Shown here in pieces: positions 8,718-19,105 of a stretch of 64,000 bases of DNA. The notes below the pieces were generated by a model, which worked only from the letters and a program-made list of their open reading frames with translations, was not told where the DNA came from and ran no database searches. Both the position numbers and the translations under genes were made by a program. The first letter of the stretch is position 1. Each line of letters begins with the position of its first letter. The stretch is from Nitrospirota bacterium (lineage in GTDB: Bacteria > Nitrospirota > UBA9217), in contig CAWFSF010000001.1 in the NCBI GenBank assembly GCA_963818475.1, positions 256,001-320,000 of the forward strand, given 5' to 3'.

Positions 8718-11327
8718 TTTGTCATCCTTTTTTTTTATTATTTTCTCTTCAGACTTATGCTCATCTATTATCTGCTTAGCCTCGCGTTCATAGGACTCAG
8801 ATAGTTCGCGTAATGTGGCAGCAAATCTTGCAAAACCTGCAGCCTCCACGGCATTGGCTTTGTTTAGCCATTCTGCAGCCAATTCATATTCAGGTTTCCC
8901 AGTGGGATCAACCCAATGAACACCTCTTGAGTTATGAACTTCCGTGCGAAATCCCCTTCGCAGATCTTCTGCATCTCTTGCATTTAAGACTCTGGCAATC
9001 GCCTGATCAATCCACAATCCATCAGGATCGGCAGGGCAATTCAGCAAGACACCTCCAACGTGGATCATGGCTACTGCAAGGTGGCCAGAGTCTTTGCATT
9101 GTTTTTTAACAATAGCAAACCATGATTCAAATTCTTCAACAGAAAAACTGCCATCGTCCTGTAAACCTGGCGGCCGACGCCACTCGTGCAAGAGTCTCCA
9201 TGCATTGCTGGCAATAGCCGCTTTTTTCTCATCGACTTCCTCAGCCTGCTGATCTTCATTTTTAGATCGATAGATAAGCCGAATAACCTCAACAAAAAAT
9301 TCCGGCTTCGTAGCAAGGCGTTTTTCAAGCAACTTCGGTTCAGCACCATCAGGTCTAGTCAGCAACGGCAAGTAAGCCCATTCCACTTTGAAGAGATCAT
9401 TATCCTGGGCCTGCGGATCATTTTGCAGAGCCTTTATAAGCTCCGTAATATTATAGGAATCCATTGACTGCCCAGGCTCATTCGCTGAAACTGCGTCTAG
9501 TAGCGCTCTAACGGTTCGTGCTCTATCCAGTGGCATCTTGTTAAATAACCGAGAATACAGACAGCCGATTGCTGACAGTGGCCGTGAAACTTCCAGTAGT
9601 TTATCGATTGCATACAATGGATCGCTTTCAGTTTGGTAAGGATTGACAGGCACCTTTTGCCAGTACGTCTGTTCATATGTTCCTAGCCACTGAGTAGCTC
9701 GTACCCACGCGTCAGTCTCGAAAGGTAAATACATAAGGAATTGACAGCTCTGCGCCAACGACCATCTTGACCTATCGATTGCGTCAACCCACGCCCAGCC
9801 CCGCCCATGAAAACGGCTCAAAATAAAACTGGCAATGAATTGCCTATATTTGATATTTTCATTATCCAAATAATTGGGAAGTAACCCGATATCAATTTCT
9901 TTTTCATCGATTAAACCCAACGCCCGACCGATTTGGTTTGGCGATTCAACTGTCGCAGCAAACTTCAGAATACCCTGAAGTCCGCTTGTATGGATTAACG
10001 CACGAACCGCTTGAAAGCGCTTATCGTCGAGTTTCTTACGCTGCTCTTCCCAATTACCTCTCTCGTCATAGAGATCAAAATCTCTTTTACTGAAAAGTCT
10101 CTGATGCTGGCCTTCAAGACTTTGCGGAGCCAGCTTGTTTGCAGTAGTCTCAATTTGATCTACCTTGTCCGAACTCAACGCCCATTTTGCATCAGCAAAT
10201 TTGCGGTGTTTCTGCACAAAATCCATTAGACTTATCCAAATCGGCAACCGCTGATCTTCCGATAGTTCGGCGACCGCTGCAGATGCTAAATGCTCTAATA
10301 GCACATCAAATGAAGGCTTTGGCAAATTATCAATATTGCTGACAAGTTCTTTAAGCCTGTCCAAATTATCGCGAGCTATTTCGATGGCAAACTCAGCATA
10401 TACGGTCACCTGATCCCAATATTCTTGATTTGTAACTTTTGGTTGCCAGTCTTCGGGAAGTGTGATATGCCAACGGGGTTTGTAAGCACCACTAGATGTC
10501 TGATGTTGATTTGGTAGAAAAGCGATAACTACTTTCCATGCCACATCTGGAAAGTCTGCTTTAATCGCTTTAATTGACGAAATACGCTTGTCGATAGGCG
10601 CCAAGGTCTGTGGGTACCACGGCAACAATATCTGTACTATCGAATTGGCTGGACGATTCGCCCATCTACCCCCAGGATCATGTGCTGCGAGTTCCGCTAA
10701 AATGACGATTGATCGTGTTAGATATTTATCGCTCCAGGACAAGCTTTCTAACGCCCACAGCAAACCAGTCATATAGTTTCTGCCACTAATACCCTTACCT
10801 TCCTGTGCAAATAAATTATCAAAAGGGCATGGAGTTTGCTGCAATGCATCCTCGACTTGACTTAGGAATTCATCTGGAGCGGCCTCGGCCAAGGTCGGCA
10901 ATAAATCATTAATGCTACCCCAAAGTTTCCAATCCGCTTGTTTGAAAATGTCGCGAATAGTCAAAACGGCAATCAATTCTGCTTTATATCGAGAGACATT
11001 TACTAATTTATCGCCATAGTTCCCAAGCAGCGCCAAGGTTTCAGCTATTCCCTTACGTAGACCTAACGAGTGCTTGAGTATCTTCCCCTGTATGCTTGCA
11101 ACGTAACGCTCTTCGGCAGGCAACTCAAATTGTGGATCCAATTCTTTAAGTACCTCGACAGCGCATGCTTTGAATTTGTCTAAATGAGCATCAAATATTC
11201 TAGAACCAAAAGATTCAAAGAGCATTTTGCGGTCTGAAACCGCCCATTGACCGTTTCTAAGCGACAGTGGATTGCTCTGTTCTTGAAGGACTTCGCGTAG
11301 GTCACCTATCCAAGTGTTATAATCCAT
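8712..11327 (-). CDS. Large alpha-helical protein, C-terminal partner or part of the upstream nuclease-like ORF
   Basis: 871 aa, low GC, LPTLAEAAPDEFL and GLLWALESLSW motifs; overlaps upstream ORF by 11 bp. Confidence 0.7.
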   Translation of the reverse strand: MDYNTWIGDLREVLQEQSNPLSLRNGQWAVSDRKMLFESFGSRIFDAHLDKFKACAVEVLKELDPQFELPAEERYVASIQGKILKHSLGLRKGIAETLALLGNYGDKLVNVSRYKAELIAVLTIRDIFKQADWKLWGSINDLLPTLAEAAPDEFLSQVEDALQQTPCPFDNLFAQEGKGISGRNYMTGLLWALESLSWSDKYLTRSIVILAELAAHDPGGRWANRPANSIVQILLPWYPQTLAPIDKRISSIKAIKADFPDVAWKVVIAFLPNQHQTSSGAYKPRWHITLPEDWQPKVTNQEYWDQVTVYAEFAIEIARDNLDRLKELVSNIDNLPKPSFDVLLEHLASAAVAELSEDQRLPIWISLMDFVQKHRKFADAKWALSSDKVDQIETTANKLAPQSLEGQHQRLFSKRDFDLYDERGNWEEQRKKLDDKRFQAVRALIHTSGLQGILKFAATVESPNQIGRALGLIDEKEIDIGLLPNYLDNENIKYRQFIASFILSRFHGRGWAWVDAIDRSRWSLAQSCQFLMYLPFETDAWVRATQWLGTYEQTYWQKVPVNPYQTESDPLYAIDKLLEVSRPLSAIGCLYSRLFNKMPLDRARTVRALLDAVSANEPGQSMDSYNITELIKALQNDPQAQDNDLFKVEWAYLPLLTRPDGAEPKLLEKRLATKPEFFVEVIRLIYRSKNEDQQAEEVDEKKAAIASNAWRLLHEWRRPPGLQDDGSFSVEEFESWFAIVKKQCKDSGHLAVAMIHVGGVLLNCPADPDGLWIDQAIARVLNARDAEDLRRGFRTEVHNSRGVHWVDPTGKPEYELAAEWLNKANAVEAAGFARFAATLRELSESYEREAKQIIDEHKSEEKIIKKKDDKA

Positions 11328-12339
11328 CGATCAGCCTCTTTATAACTTCTAAATCGGATTCATTTCTTTCATCCCACTGACCAACTAGAGCGGCTATGGC
11401 CAAAGCAAGTGGGCTAACTTGTGAGGTCAAGTTACTTGTTGAGCGTGGCATATCTGGTTTTACAAACTCTGTCGGAATGCTTGCGGCCGCCCTTTGTTTG
11501 AAAGCGTCTCTTAAATCTTGAGGAAGCTTGTCAAGCGTTACAGTTCCTGCATCCTGATTCCAAGTCTCGACAATATCAACGACCCTCGACCAGGCCCACT
11601 GTGGATAGCTCGAGTTAAATTGAGAAATATGAGAGTGAAGCAACGATAAGACTACTCCTACCTCTTTACCTAGATCGTAACCTAGCAAATAGAATTTATT
11701 CAAAAATGCATATAGCACTTCATCAGAAACTTTCTTGCTGCCATTTGCACCTTTTAGATGATGTCGAAATACATCGAGTTTCTCTTTTGCTTTTGATGGG
11801 CTAAATCTTGTCTGGTTAACATTTCTAAAAAATTCAACACTGTCTTTGGTGTGCCGTGCTTGATCAAGTAACCACACTACGTTATGAGCATCTGTTTCAT
11901 TTAAAGGACCTGTAATTAGCGCTATAGCGTCTTTACGCTTGTCAAATAGCACAGTGTTATTAAAGTCGCTCCACGCTGCATGCATGACTTCGGCAAGAAC
12001 AGTATTGCCCTTGGTAAAACCAATTGAGTGCTTGATCTGCCCAAGGAGTTTGCATTCCTCTCTTGTGTTGCCATTTCCAACAAAAACGATAAGATCATCT
12101 GTATCAAAGCCGTCTATTTTTCCTTGAAGCTTTACTTGTCTTATCGGCCAACATGGCAGAGCGGGGGCGTATCCGCCGGTTAGCATTAGCGCAACAAAGG
12201 AAGCTTGAACGTGAGCTTCAAAATGAAATCCAACACCACCCGTCGAACGGGGATTGCTCAGCAGCTTTTTTGCTTTTGAGCTAATGCCACTATTCTTACG
12301 TCGACGCTTACTAGTTTTAGAAACAGATTTTCTTTTCAA
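11317..12339 (-). CDS. PD-(D/E)xK nuclease-like domain protein
   Basis: STGGVGFHFE...DTDDLIV...LLGQIKHS pattern, typical of effector nucleases at the N-terminus of defence proteins. Confidence 0.65.
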   Translation of the reverse strand: MKRKSVSKTSKRRRKNSGISSKAKKLLSNPRSTGGVGFHFEAHVQASFVALMLTGGYAPALPCWPIRQVKLQGKIDGFDTDDLIVFVGNGNTREECKLLGQIKHSIGFTKGNTVLAEVMHAAWSDFNNTVLFDKRKDAIALITGPLNETDAHNVVWLLDQARHTKDSVEFFRNVNQTRFSPSKAKEKLDVFRHHLKGANGSKKVSDEVLYAFLNKFYLLGYDLGKEVGVVLSLLHSHISQFNSSYPQWAWSRVVDIVETWNQDAGTVTLDKLPQDLRDAFKQRAAASIPTEFVKPDMPRSTSNLTSQVSPLALAIAALVGQWDERNESDLEVIKRLIDGL

Positions 12340-12358
12340 GTATTCCCCGCAATTAATT

Positions 12359-12386
12359 ATTAAAATATGTTTCCGTCGTCAGTCAA
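12359..12386 (-). promoter_or_regulatory. Cassette-internal sigma70-like promoter
   Basis: Minus strand TTGACT-N16-TTTAAT about 20 bp upstream of the nuclease ORF. Confidence 0.45.
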
Positions 12387-12482
12387 TTTTAGCTGAACTT
12401 GAATATTCAGACCTGGAATCAAAAAATGCACAATGATCATGTGCTTCTAAGACAGGATGCTACTGATATTCTCAGCTTCTTA

Positions 12483-12541
12483 TAATAACACGCGCCTGAC
12501 GCGCCGCCTTTGGCACGTCGCTGTCGAGGCGCAGGTTAGTT
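12483..12541 (-). other. attC site (59 bp)
   Basis: Minus strand AACTAAC...GTTATTA; stop codon of upstream gene lies in TAAC. Confidence 0.88.
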
Positions 12542-13498
12542 TCCTTGACGTTTCCGTTTTACAATATCTGCAATAAATTCTTGTGCGGCGGCTTCACCCT
12601 TTACAAAGAGAATATCGTAATATTGCTGATCCATTCCTTCTGTCACATCTGATTCTGATATATCGACGGTGTGTGCTCCGCATGCGAATGCAACGTCTCT
12701 TCTTTTCTTAATTTCTGATCGAGTAGCATCATCAGAGGTTGAATCGTTTAATGATTCGGATTGGATAGCTAGGCTAAAAAGACTTTCAAGGCAGGTCAAG
12801 CTTGATGCTTCCAAATTCTTTCCCATAGCCATGCACGAATCCTGAGCCTCTTGTCCATACTCTTTTTTCAGATGACGGCACAGGTGCCGTAATTTAAGAT
12901 AGATGGCAGCACTATTGGAATTCCAAAATGCAAGTTCGCGTGCCGGTCGTCCGCCGCATTTGTCCATCTCAGCAACTTGGGCAATCGCATCAAATCTTTG
13001 CTTTGGATAGCCGGTAAATTTATACGTGTTGGCTTTTTTAATTTGAGACAGAACTTTTTGATCCGCTCCTTCTTCTTGAAGTAATAGTGCATTTGAATAA
13101 TAGGAAAGAGCATTATCTTTATCATCTTGCAGTAGTCTTACGACATCTTCTTTAAATGGCTTTAAAGGTAAATTACGGCTCGGATCAAAATTATATGCAA
13201 GTAAGGATATCGTTGCTATGCCTTTTGGAGATTCTATTCGGCTGGCTGATTCTAAAATACCTTTGCCTATACTCGAAGTTGGATCGCTGGCCAACATTAT
13301 TATCCCAGTTCCCATCATCAAATTAGGGTTATTGCTTGCTTTAATTGAACCTAACTCTTTTCCAGAAAACTGCTTACAATTACCAGTTAGAGACCTCGCT
13401 GGTTGGCAGTCTTCAGACTCGGAGGCCTCTAAGGATGAAGTCAAAAGAAGTGATACCGACATGATGGCAATTAATAGGACTATTCGATGTATGTTCAT
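12536..13498 (-). CDS. Cassette-encoded secreted Cys-containing helical protein
   Basis: SD AGGAG before ATG 13498, signal peptide, several Cys. Confidence 0.7.
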   Translation of the reverse strand: MNIHRIVLLIAIMSVSLLLTSSLEASESEDCQPARSLTGNCKQFSGKELGSIKASNNPNLMMGTGIIMLASDPTSSIGKGILESASRIESPKGIATISLLAYNFDPSRNLPLKPFKEDVVRLLQDDKDNALSYYSNALLLQEEGADQKVLSQIKKANTYKFTGYPKQRFDAIAQVAEMDKCGGRPARELAFWNSNSAAIYLKLRHLCRHLKKEYGQEAQDSCMAMGKNLEASSLTCLESLFSLAIQSESLNDSTSDDATRSEIKKRRDVAFACGAHTVDISESDVTEGMDQQYYDILFVKGEAAAQEFIADIVKRKRQGN

Positions 13499-13509
13499 TT
13501 TTCTCCTAA

Positions 13510-13543
13510 GACTAACGCGCGTCACTGTAGGCGCAGGTTAATT
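13510..13543 (-). other. Internally deleted attC site (34 bp)
   Basis: AATTAAC-CTGCGCCTACAGTGACGCGC-GTTAGTC; 5' half matches the 59-bp type. Confidence 0.7.
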
Positions 13544-14017
13544 CCTTGTAATTTGTATCAATGCAAGAAAGCCAGAACCGAGTGGTTTATTTATAGGAAT
13601 AAGCTCCACTAAAACAAAATTCATCGTAAGAGTTGCTAACGACAGAAAACATACGAGAAATAAAACAATCCGAAGACTCACATGTTTGTTAATCGTTTTC
13701 AGACTCACATAGAAGATAACATCCAGGGAGATGAGAGAAATCAGGCCATCTTGAACCAAAGACCACATTGAAATATTTGAAGGCGCGGTTAGCTCATAAA
13801 GAGAGAATATCGCGACGATGATATTGAGGATTATGATTGATCGCAGTGTTATTTCTTTTTGCTGTTCAGATTTCTTGAAAAAGATTAGATAATAGGAAGC
13901 GACAGCTATGCCGATGAGAAATAGTATATATATCGTCCAAACGATGTTCCAGTGACCATAAAGATAGTCTCTGAATGTGTCACGGTAAGCAAGGATTATC
14001 TGATCCACCCCTCGCAT
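13538..14017 (-). CDS. Cassette-encoded 4-TM membrane protein (first cassette)
   Basis: Hydrophobic, low GC, SD AAGGAG; cassette start GTTAATTC is complementary to its end GAATTAAC. Confidence 0.75.
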   Translation of the reverse strand: MRGVDQIILAYRDTFRDYLYGHWNIVWTIYILFLIGIAVASYYLIFFKKSEQQKEITLRSIIILNIIVAIFSLYELTAPSNISMWSLVQDGLISLISLDVIFYVSLKTINKHVSLRIVLFLVCFLSLATLTMNFVLVELIPINKPLGSGFLALIQITRN

Positions 14018-14036
14018 TTGGCTCCTTTCATTTCAG

Positions 14037-14150
14037 AATTAACCAGTTATTGACTATAAGGAAGCAGGTTTATGATACCATAAACAAGTTTATGATAGCA
14101 TAAACCGGGTATTGCTATCATAAACTTTTGAGGTTTATGTTATGATAAAC
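14037..14150 (-). promoter_or_regulatory. attI-like entry site with four 18-bp palindromic boxes
   Basis: Core GTTAATT at 14043-14037; boxes of consensus GTTTATG-N4-CATAAAC at 14068, 14088, 14108, 14133. Confidence 0.55.
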
Positions 14151-14177
14151 TTTTCCAATTCGGTATTCCCCATTTCC

Positions 14178-15332
14178 CTACATTACTTCCACCATCTTCC
14201 TGAAATGGCGGCAGTTCTGCACCAGGTCAGGACCATGCCGGAACAACCCCCCGCCGATCAGGAAGATCAGGTCCTGCCCATAGGTCTCGAGCATGTCCGG
14301 CACCTTGTCGAGACTCATGCCCCCGCCCGGAGCGGGAAAGATGGATTTTAAATGGCCCATGGGCTCGCCGGTCGCAAACGCGATCTCTTTACACTCCTCA
14401 CGGCTGAAGGAAAAACGGCCGCCGAAGTTCGGGAAGATGGTCGCATCGGCACCTGCCAGCCGCGCAAGCTGGCCGAAGATGACGCCGTGCGAGATGCCGT
14501 TCCGGCTCGTGACAAAGCTCCCCTGCAGCGCGGGGTGTGTCAGGACCGGCAAGGCTAAAGAGTCGTCGTCAGCCAACTCCCTCATCAGGTCAAAACCGAT
14601 GAGCCCCGGCGCCACCATCATCCCGCCTGCCCCCGCCTGTTTTGCGATCCTGGCCCGCTTCACCACCTCGCGGTGCGGAGCCGTGATGTTCGGGATATAG
14701 AGGCAGGGCTGGCCTGTTTCCTTAATTCCTTTTTGAACAGCTGCAGCGCAGAGCCGCACCCGTTCTTCGAAGGGAGAGCAGCTTTGATCGCTCAGGCCGT
14801 GGTCATCCTTGATGATATCCATGCCTCCCAGCACGAACTGGTACGCCAGATCTGCAAGCTCCTGTGACGATAGCCCCATGGGCTTGAGCGCCGTGGAAAG
14901 AAGCGGCCGCTTCGGTACGTTCAGGAGCGTGCGGAGCCCTTGCCTGCCGAAGCGCGGCCCTTTGAAGGCACGAAGAAGGGATTCGGGAAGATCAAGATGC
15001 TCGACCCGTATGCCCGGCTTGATGCTGCTGTTGCCGAATACGACGTTCATGAACTGCGTCAGCTCTCCCGCAGCGATCTCGTTTGCATAACTGATGATCG
15101 CTTTGAAGCCGTCGCCGCCCCAGGTCCCGAAATGCTCGATCCTGCCGAACACATGGTCCCTGATGATGCCCTCCGGCACTTCCTCTGCAGGGAATTCCAC
15201 GGTCTGCTCAATGCAGATGTCCTCCGCCTTGACGCGGGCTTCCGCCTCGCTGCCGAAGAGGCGGTAGGTCACGGAGAACCGGTCGCCGGAGAACAGCGAT
15301 GCCGGGGTGCAGGTTGTCTGGATTATGGACAT
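14178..15332 (-). CDS. RuBisCO-like protein (form IV)
   Basis: CIEQTVE, LKPMGLS, DIIKDDHGL (KDDH rather than KDDE), FPAPGGG, LIGGG. Confidence 0.9.
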   Translation of the reverse strand: MSIIQTTCTPASLFSGDRFSVTYRLFGSEAEARVKAEDICIEQTVEFPAEEVPEGIIRDHVFGRIEHFGTWGGDGFKAIISYANEIAAGELTQFMNVVFGNSSIKPGIRVEHLDLPESLLRAFKGPRFGRQGLRTLLNVPKRPLLSTALKPMGLSSQELADLAYQFVLGGMDIIKDDHGLSDQSCSPFEERVRLCAAAVQKGIKETGQPCLYIPNITAPHREVVKRARIAKQAGAGGMMVAPGLIGFDLMRELADDDSLALPVLTHPALQGSFVTSRNGISHGVIFGQLARLAGADATIFPNFGGRFSFSREECKEIAFATGEPMGHLKSIFPAPGGGMSLDKVPDMLETYGQDLIFLIGGGLFRHGPDLVQNCRHFRKMVEVM

Positions 15333-15497
15333 GGAAAGGTTCCTTTGGATAAACAGGCGGACAACACGTCGCGACTACTATAGGATATGGCACGGGAAGA
15401 TTCAAGAAAAAAGAGGGACGGGTCGTTAAGGCTCATGCAGTTCATGCATGATGCATTCGTAAAAAGTCCAAGGTGATTTGTTTTCATCATCTAAGGA

Positions 15498-15643
15498 TGA
15501 TGGCCTCGTAAGAAGTCCCTAACTGCTGTCATTGCGAGGAGCGGAGCGACGCGGCAATCTCGATTTATCAGGCAGATACGGACTGCGAGATTGCTTCGCT
15601 ACGCTCGCAAAGACGGCTTTCTCGACTTTTTACGATTGTATCA
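15498..15643. repeat. Nested MITE/REP-like element
   Basis: Outer IR TGATGGCCTCGTAAGAAGTC / GACTTTTTACGATTGTATCA around inner GTCATTGCGAG...GCAATCTC / GAGATTGC...CTCGCAAAGAC doublet; extra outer end at 15449-15468. Confidence 0.7.
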
Positions 15644-15688
15644 AGGATACAGGCTGTTCAGATAATCGCTGTGGGAGGTCAGGCGCGG

Positions 15689-16195
15689 CTAGTCCCTGGG
15701 CGATCCGACCAGCTTTCCTTCTTCCTGGCTTTCCCGCTTTCTTGCCTCTGCAGCCTTCAGGAGGAGCACCTCATAAGCTTCCATTGCCTTCTTCGCGCCT
15801 GCCTCGTCTTTCTTAAGCTCGTAAGCGTCCTTCAGGGTTTCGTAGAAACGCATCTCGTTCACATAACTGCGTGAACGGCCGCCAATGCCGCTCTTCACCT
15901 GCGCCTCTTCCTCGGCGATCAACTGCTGAAGGACCGCGATGGCCGCGTCGGGATTGTTCTCGGCAATATGGGCCACCGCTGTCCGCAGGTCGAGGAACTG
16001 CAGCCGCTCCCGCATTTCGATCGCATAGGTCGGGTCCTTTTCCATACGGTCCTTGTCCCGCGCCATATAAATGGCGTTCCGCTCATGCGCGATAATGGCG
16101 CTCTCGGGCGCCGATACCCTCCGCATCGTATAGACCGCGAGCATGATCAAGACAACAAGGACGGACAGGATGGTTATTCTCACGTACGTTTTCAT
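15689..16195 (-). CDS. Membrane-anchored helical hypothetical protein
   Basis: SD AGGAGG, N-terminal TM, TPR-like helices. Confidence 0.7.
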   Translation of the reverse strand: MKTYVRITILSVLVVLIMLAVYTMRRVSAPESAIIAHERNAIYMARDKDRMEKDPTYAIEMRERLQFLDLRTAVAHIAENNPDAAIAVLQQLIAEEEAQVKSGIGGRSRSYVNEMRFYETLKDAYELKKDEAGAKKAMEAYEVLLLKAAEARKRESQEEGKLVGSPRD

Positions 16196-16452
16196 GGGGC
16201 CTCCTTGACAAGCGCAGTGTTCCCGAAATTATTTCAACCAGCAGCCTCCGATGGGTAAAACGATAGTACACGCGAGAAGAAAAGGCAAGTGCAAAGAAGA
16301 GGAATGGAGTTGCTAACCATTGAGACAAACCGGAACAAAGCAAAAGCCTTTTCTGCCGTTATCCGCGCTCATCAGATTTCGCTTAGAAGCGCCTACTTCT
16401 GGTATCCGCCTCCAAAAATTTTCCGGAGGTCTTGCCTGTGGGATTGCCCGGG

Positions 16453-19105
16453 TCAGGCAAGACTTTTTGCCACGATCTCATGAACGTCTTTGGACAGTCC
16501 CGGCGTTGCCAGGATCCGTTCGAGCTGCGCTTTCATCAGCGTCCGACGCGAAGCGTTGTACCGCTTCCAGAGCGTGAACGCGGATGCGAGCCGCGCCGCG
16601 ATCTGGGGGTTCATGGCATCCACCTGCAGGACCGTATCGGCAAGGAACGCGTATCCGTCCCCGCTCGCGTCATGAAAACGCACGGCATTGGCGGAGAAGG
16701 CACCGATCAGCGCACGCACCTTGTTGGGGTTCCTGAGGGAGAAGGCCGGATGCTGCGTCAGCGCCTTGACATTGTCCAGCGTCGTCGGCAGGGACGAGCC
16801 TGCCTGGATCGCAAGCCACTTGTCCATCACCAGCGGGTCCTGGTTCCACTTTTCGTAGAACTCGGCCAGGGCATCCTGCCGCTCCCGGCAATCGAGATTG
16901 GCGAGGCTTGCAAGCGCGGCGATCACCTCGGTCATGTTGTTGCCCTTGTGGAACTGCTCCATGCACAAGAGCCGCATTTCGCGCGTATCCAGTTCGGCAA
17001 GATAGCCGAGGCAGACGTTCCTGAGGCTCCGCTTGCCAACAGAGGCCGGGTCAAGGAGATAAGGGCCGTCGTCCCGCAAGGTCGTATGCAGCTCAAGAAA
17101 GTTGTCCTTCATTCGCGAGGCCAGGGTGCGGACCACGAATCGCCGCGCCTCGTGGACCGCTGCCGGATCGATCTCGTCCATGAATTCGGCAAGGTACGTT
17201 TCAGAAGGCAGCGTCAGCGCCATTGCCAAAAATCCATGGTCGAGCGCGGTGCTCTCCAGCGTCTTCCGGAAAGCCTCTATGAAACGGCTGCCCAGCACCA
17301 GTTTGTTTCCTGCCTGCTGTTCGCGAACAAGCGCAAGGATCGTCTTGATCGCCATCTGCTGGCATGCGTCCCAGCGGTTGAACTCGTCACTATCATTCGC
17401 CATGAGGAACATGAGCTCGTCATCGCTCCGCTCCATCTTGAGCTTGACCGGCGCGGAGAACCCCCGCAAGAGCGACAGAACCGGCTCATCAGGAACATCG
17501 GCAAAGACAAAGGTCTCTTCTGCCTTCCGCAGTTCAAGGACGCCGGAGCGGAGGCCCTCTTTTTCATGGGCCGGCTTCAGCGGCAGGTCGCGGCCGTCCT
17601 TGCCGAGCAGGCCCATTGCCAGCGGCATATGGAACGGGAGCTTTTCAGCCTGGCCCGGCGTGGTCGGGCAGGTCTGCGTTGACCGTCAGGGTAAAGGTCC
17701 GCGCCTCGGCGTCATAGAAGCGGCTGACCTGCAGTTCCGGCGTCCCTGCCTGCGTGTACCAGCGCTTGAACTGCGTCAGGTCGACGCCGCTCGCGTCTTC
17801 CATGGCCTTCACGAAGTCGTCGGTCGTGACCGCCTGGCCGTCGTGCCGTTCGAAGTAGAGGTCGGTGCCTTTCCGGAACCGCGCAGGGCCGAGCAGCGTA
17901 TGCATCATGCGGATCACCTCGGCGCCCTTGTTGTACACGGTCAGGGTGTAGAAGTTGTTGATCTCCACATAGGACTCGGGCCTTACCGGGTGCGCCATGG
18001 GGCCGCTGTCCTCGCGGAACTGGTGCGTGCGCAGGATGTTCACGTCGCTGATGCGCTTGACGCCCTTCGAGGTCATGTCCTCCATGAACTGCTGGTCCCG
18101 GAACACGGTGAAGCCTTCCTTGAGCGACAGCTGGAACCAGTCGCGGCAGGTGACCCGGTCGCCGGACCAGTTGTGGAAGTACTCGTGGCCCACCACGCCC
18201 ATGATGCCCTGGAAATCCGTGTCCGTTGCCGTCTCCTGTTTCGCCAGCACGTATTTGGAGTTGAAGATGTTCAGCCCCTTGTTCTCCATGGCGCCCATGT
18301 TGAAATCGTCGGTCGCCACGATCATGAAGAGGTCCAGGTCGTATTCCCTGCCGTACTGCTCTTCGTCCCACTGCATGGCCTTCTTGAGCGATCCCATGGC
18401 ATGGCCGCACTTGTCCTTGTTATGCTCCTGGACATAGATGTGGAGCGCGACCTCTTTGCCCGACATGGTCCTGAACCGGTCCTCGATGCGTACCAGGTCG
18501 CCTGCCACGAGCGCGAAGAGGTAGGCGGGCTTGAGCGACGGATCGTGCCATTTGGCAAAATGCTTTCCGTCCCTGAGTTCGCCGGAATCGATGAGGTTCC
18601 CGTTCGAGAGCAGCACCGGATACTTGGCTTTGTCCGCAACGATGGTGGTCATGAAACGGGCCATCACGTCCGGCCTGTCGAGGAAGTAGGTGATCCTGCG
18701 GAACCCTTCGGCCTCGCACTGGGTAAAGAAGTTCCTGCCCGACGTGTAGAGGCCGTTCAGCGCGGTGTTGTTCTTCGGGCTGATGGCCGTTTCTATCTCG
18801 AGCGTGAACTGCCCCGGCACTCCCGGGATAGTGAGTGATTCCTCATCCAGCGCAAATTCGCCGGGCCCGAGCTTCCTTCCGTCGAGCGACACCGAGAGCA
18901 GCTCCAGGTCCCTGCCGTCAAGCTTCAGCGGCCTGCTCCCGCTGCCGGGGCCATTGGCCGCCTGAACGATCAGAAGGGATTTGACCAGGGTGCGCTCCTC
19001 GCCCAGGTCGAACTGGAGGTTCGCGGTAAGAATGCGGTAATCCGGCGGCTGGTAGTCCTTGAGGTAGGTTACGGCATGGGACTTTGCAGCATGCGAGTCG
19101 TTCAT
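16453..19105 (-). CDS. pepN: Aminopeptidase N (frameshift near 17660)
   Basis: TQCEAEGFRRIT, GAMENKGLN, HEYFHNW, YNKGAEV; C-terminal NPNKVRALIGAF in ORF 16453..17628. Confidence 0.93.

Noticed and set aside
14068-14150. CRISPR array
   Set aside because: Repeats are 18 bp with only 2-7 bp gaps, there are no spacers, and no cas genes.
3877-15332. Carbonic anhydrase plus RuBisCO as a CO2-fixation module
   Set aside because: The RuBisCO-like protein has KDDH and is form IV. There is no small subunit, PRK or carboxysome gene, and the two genes are convergent.
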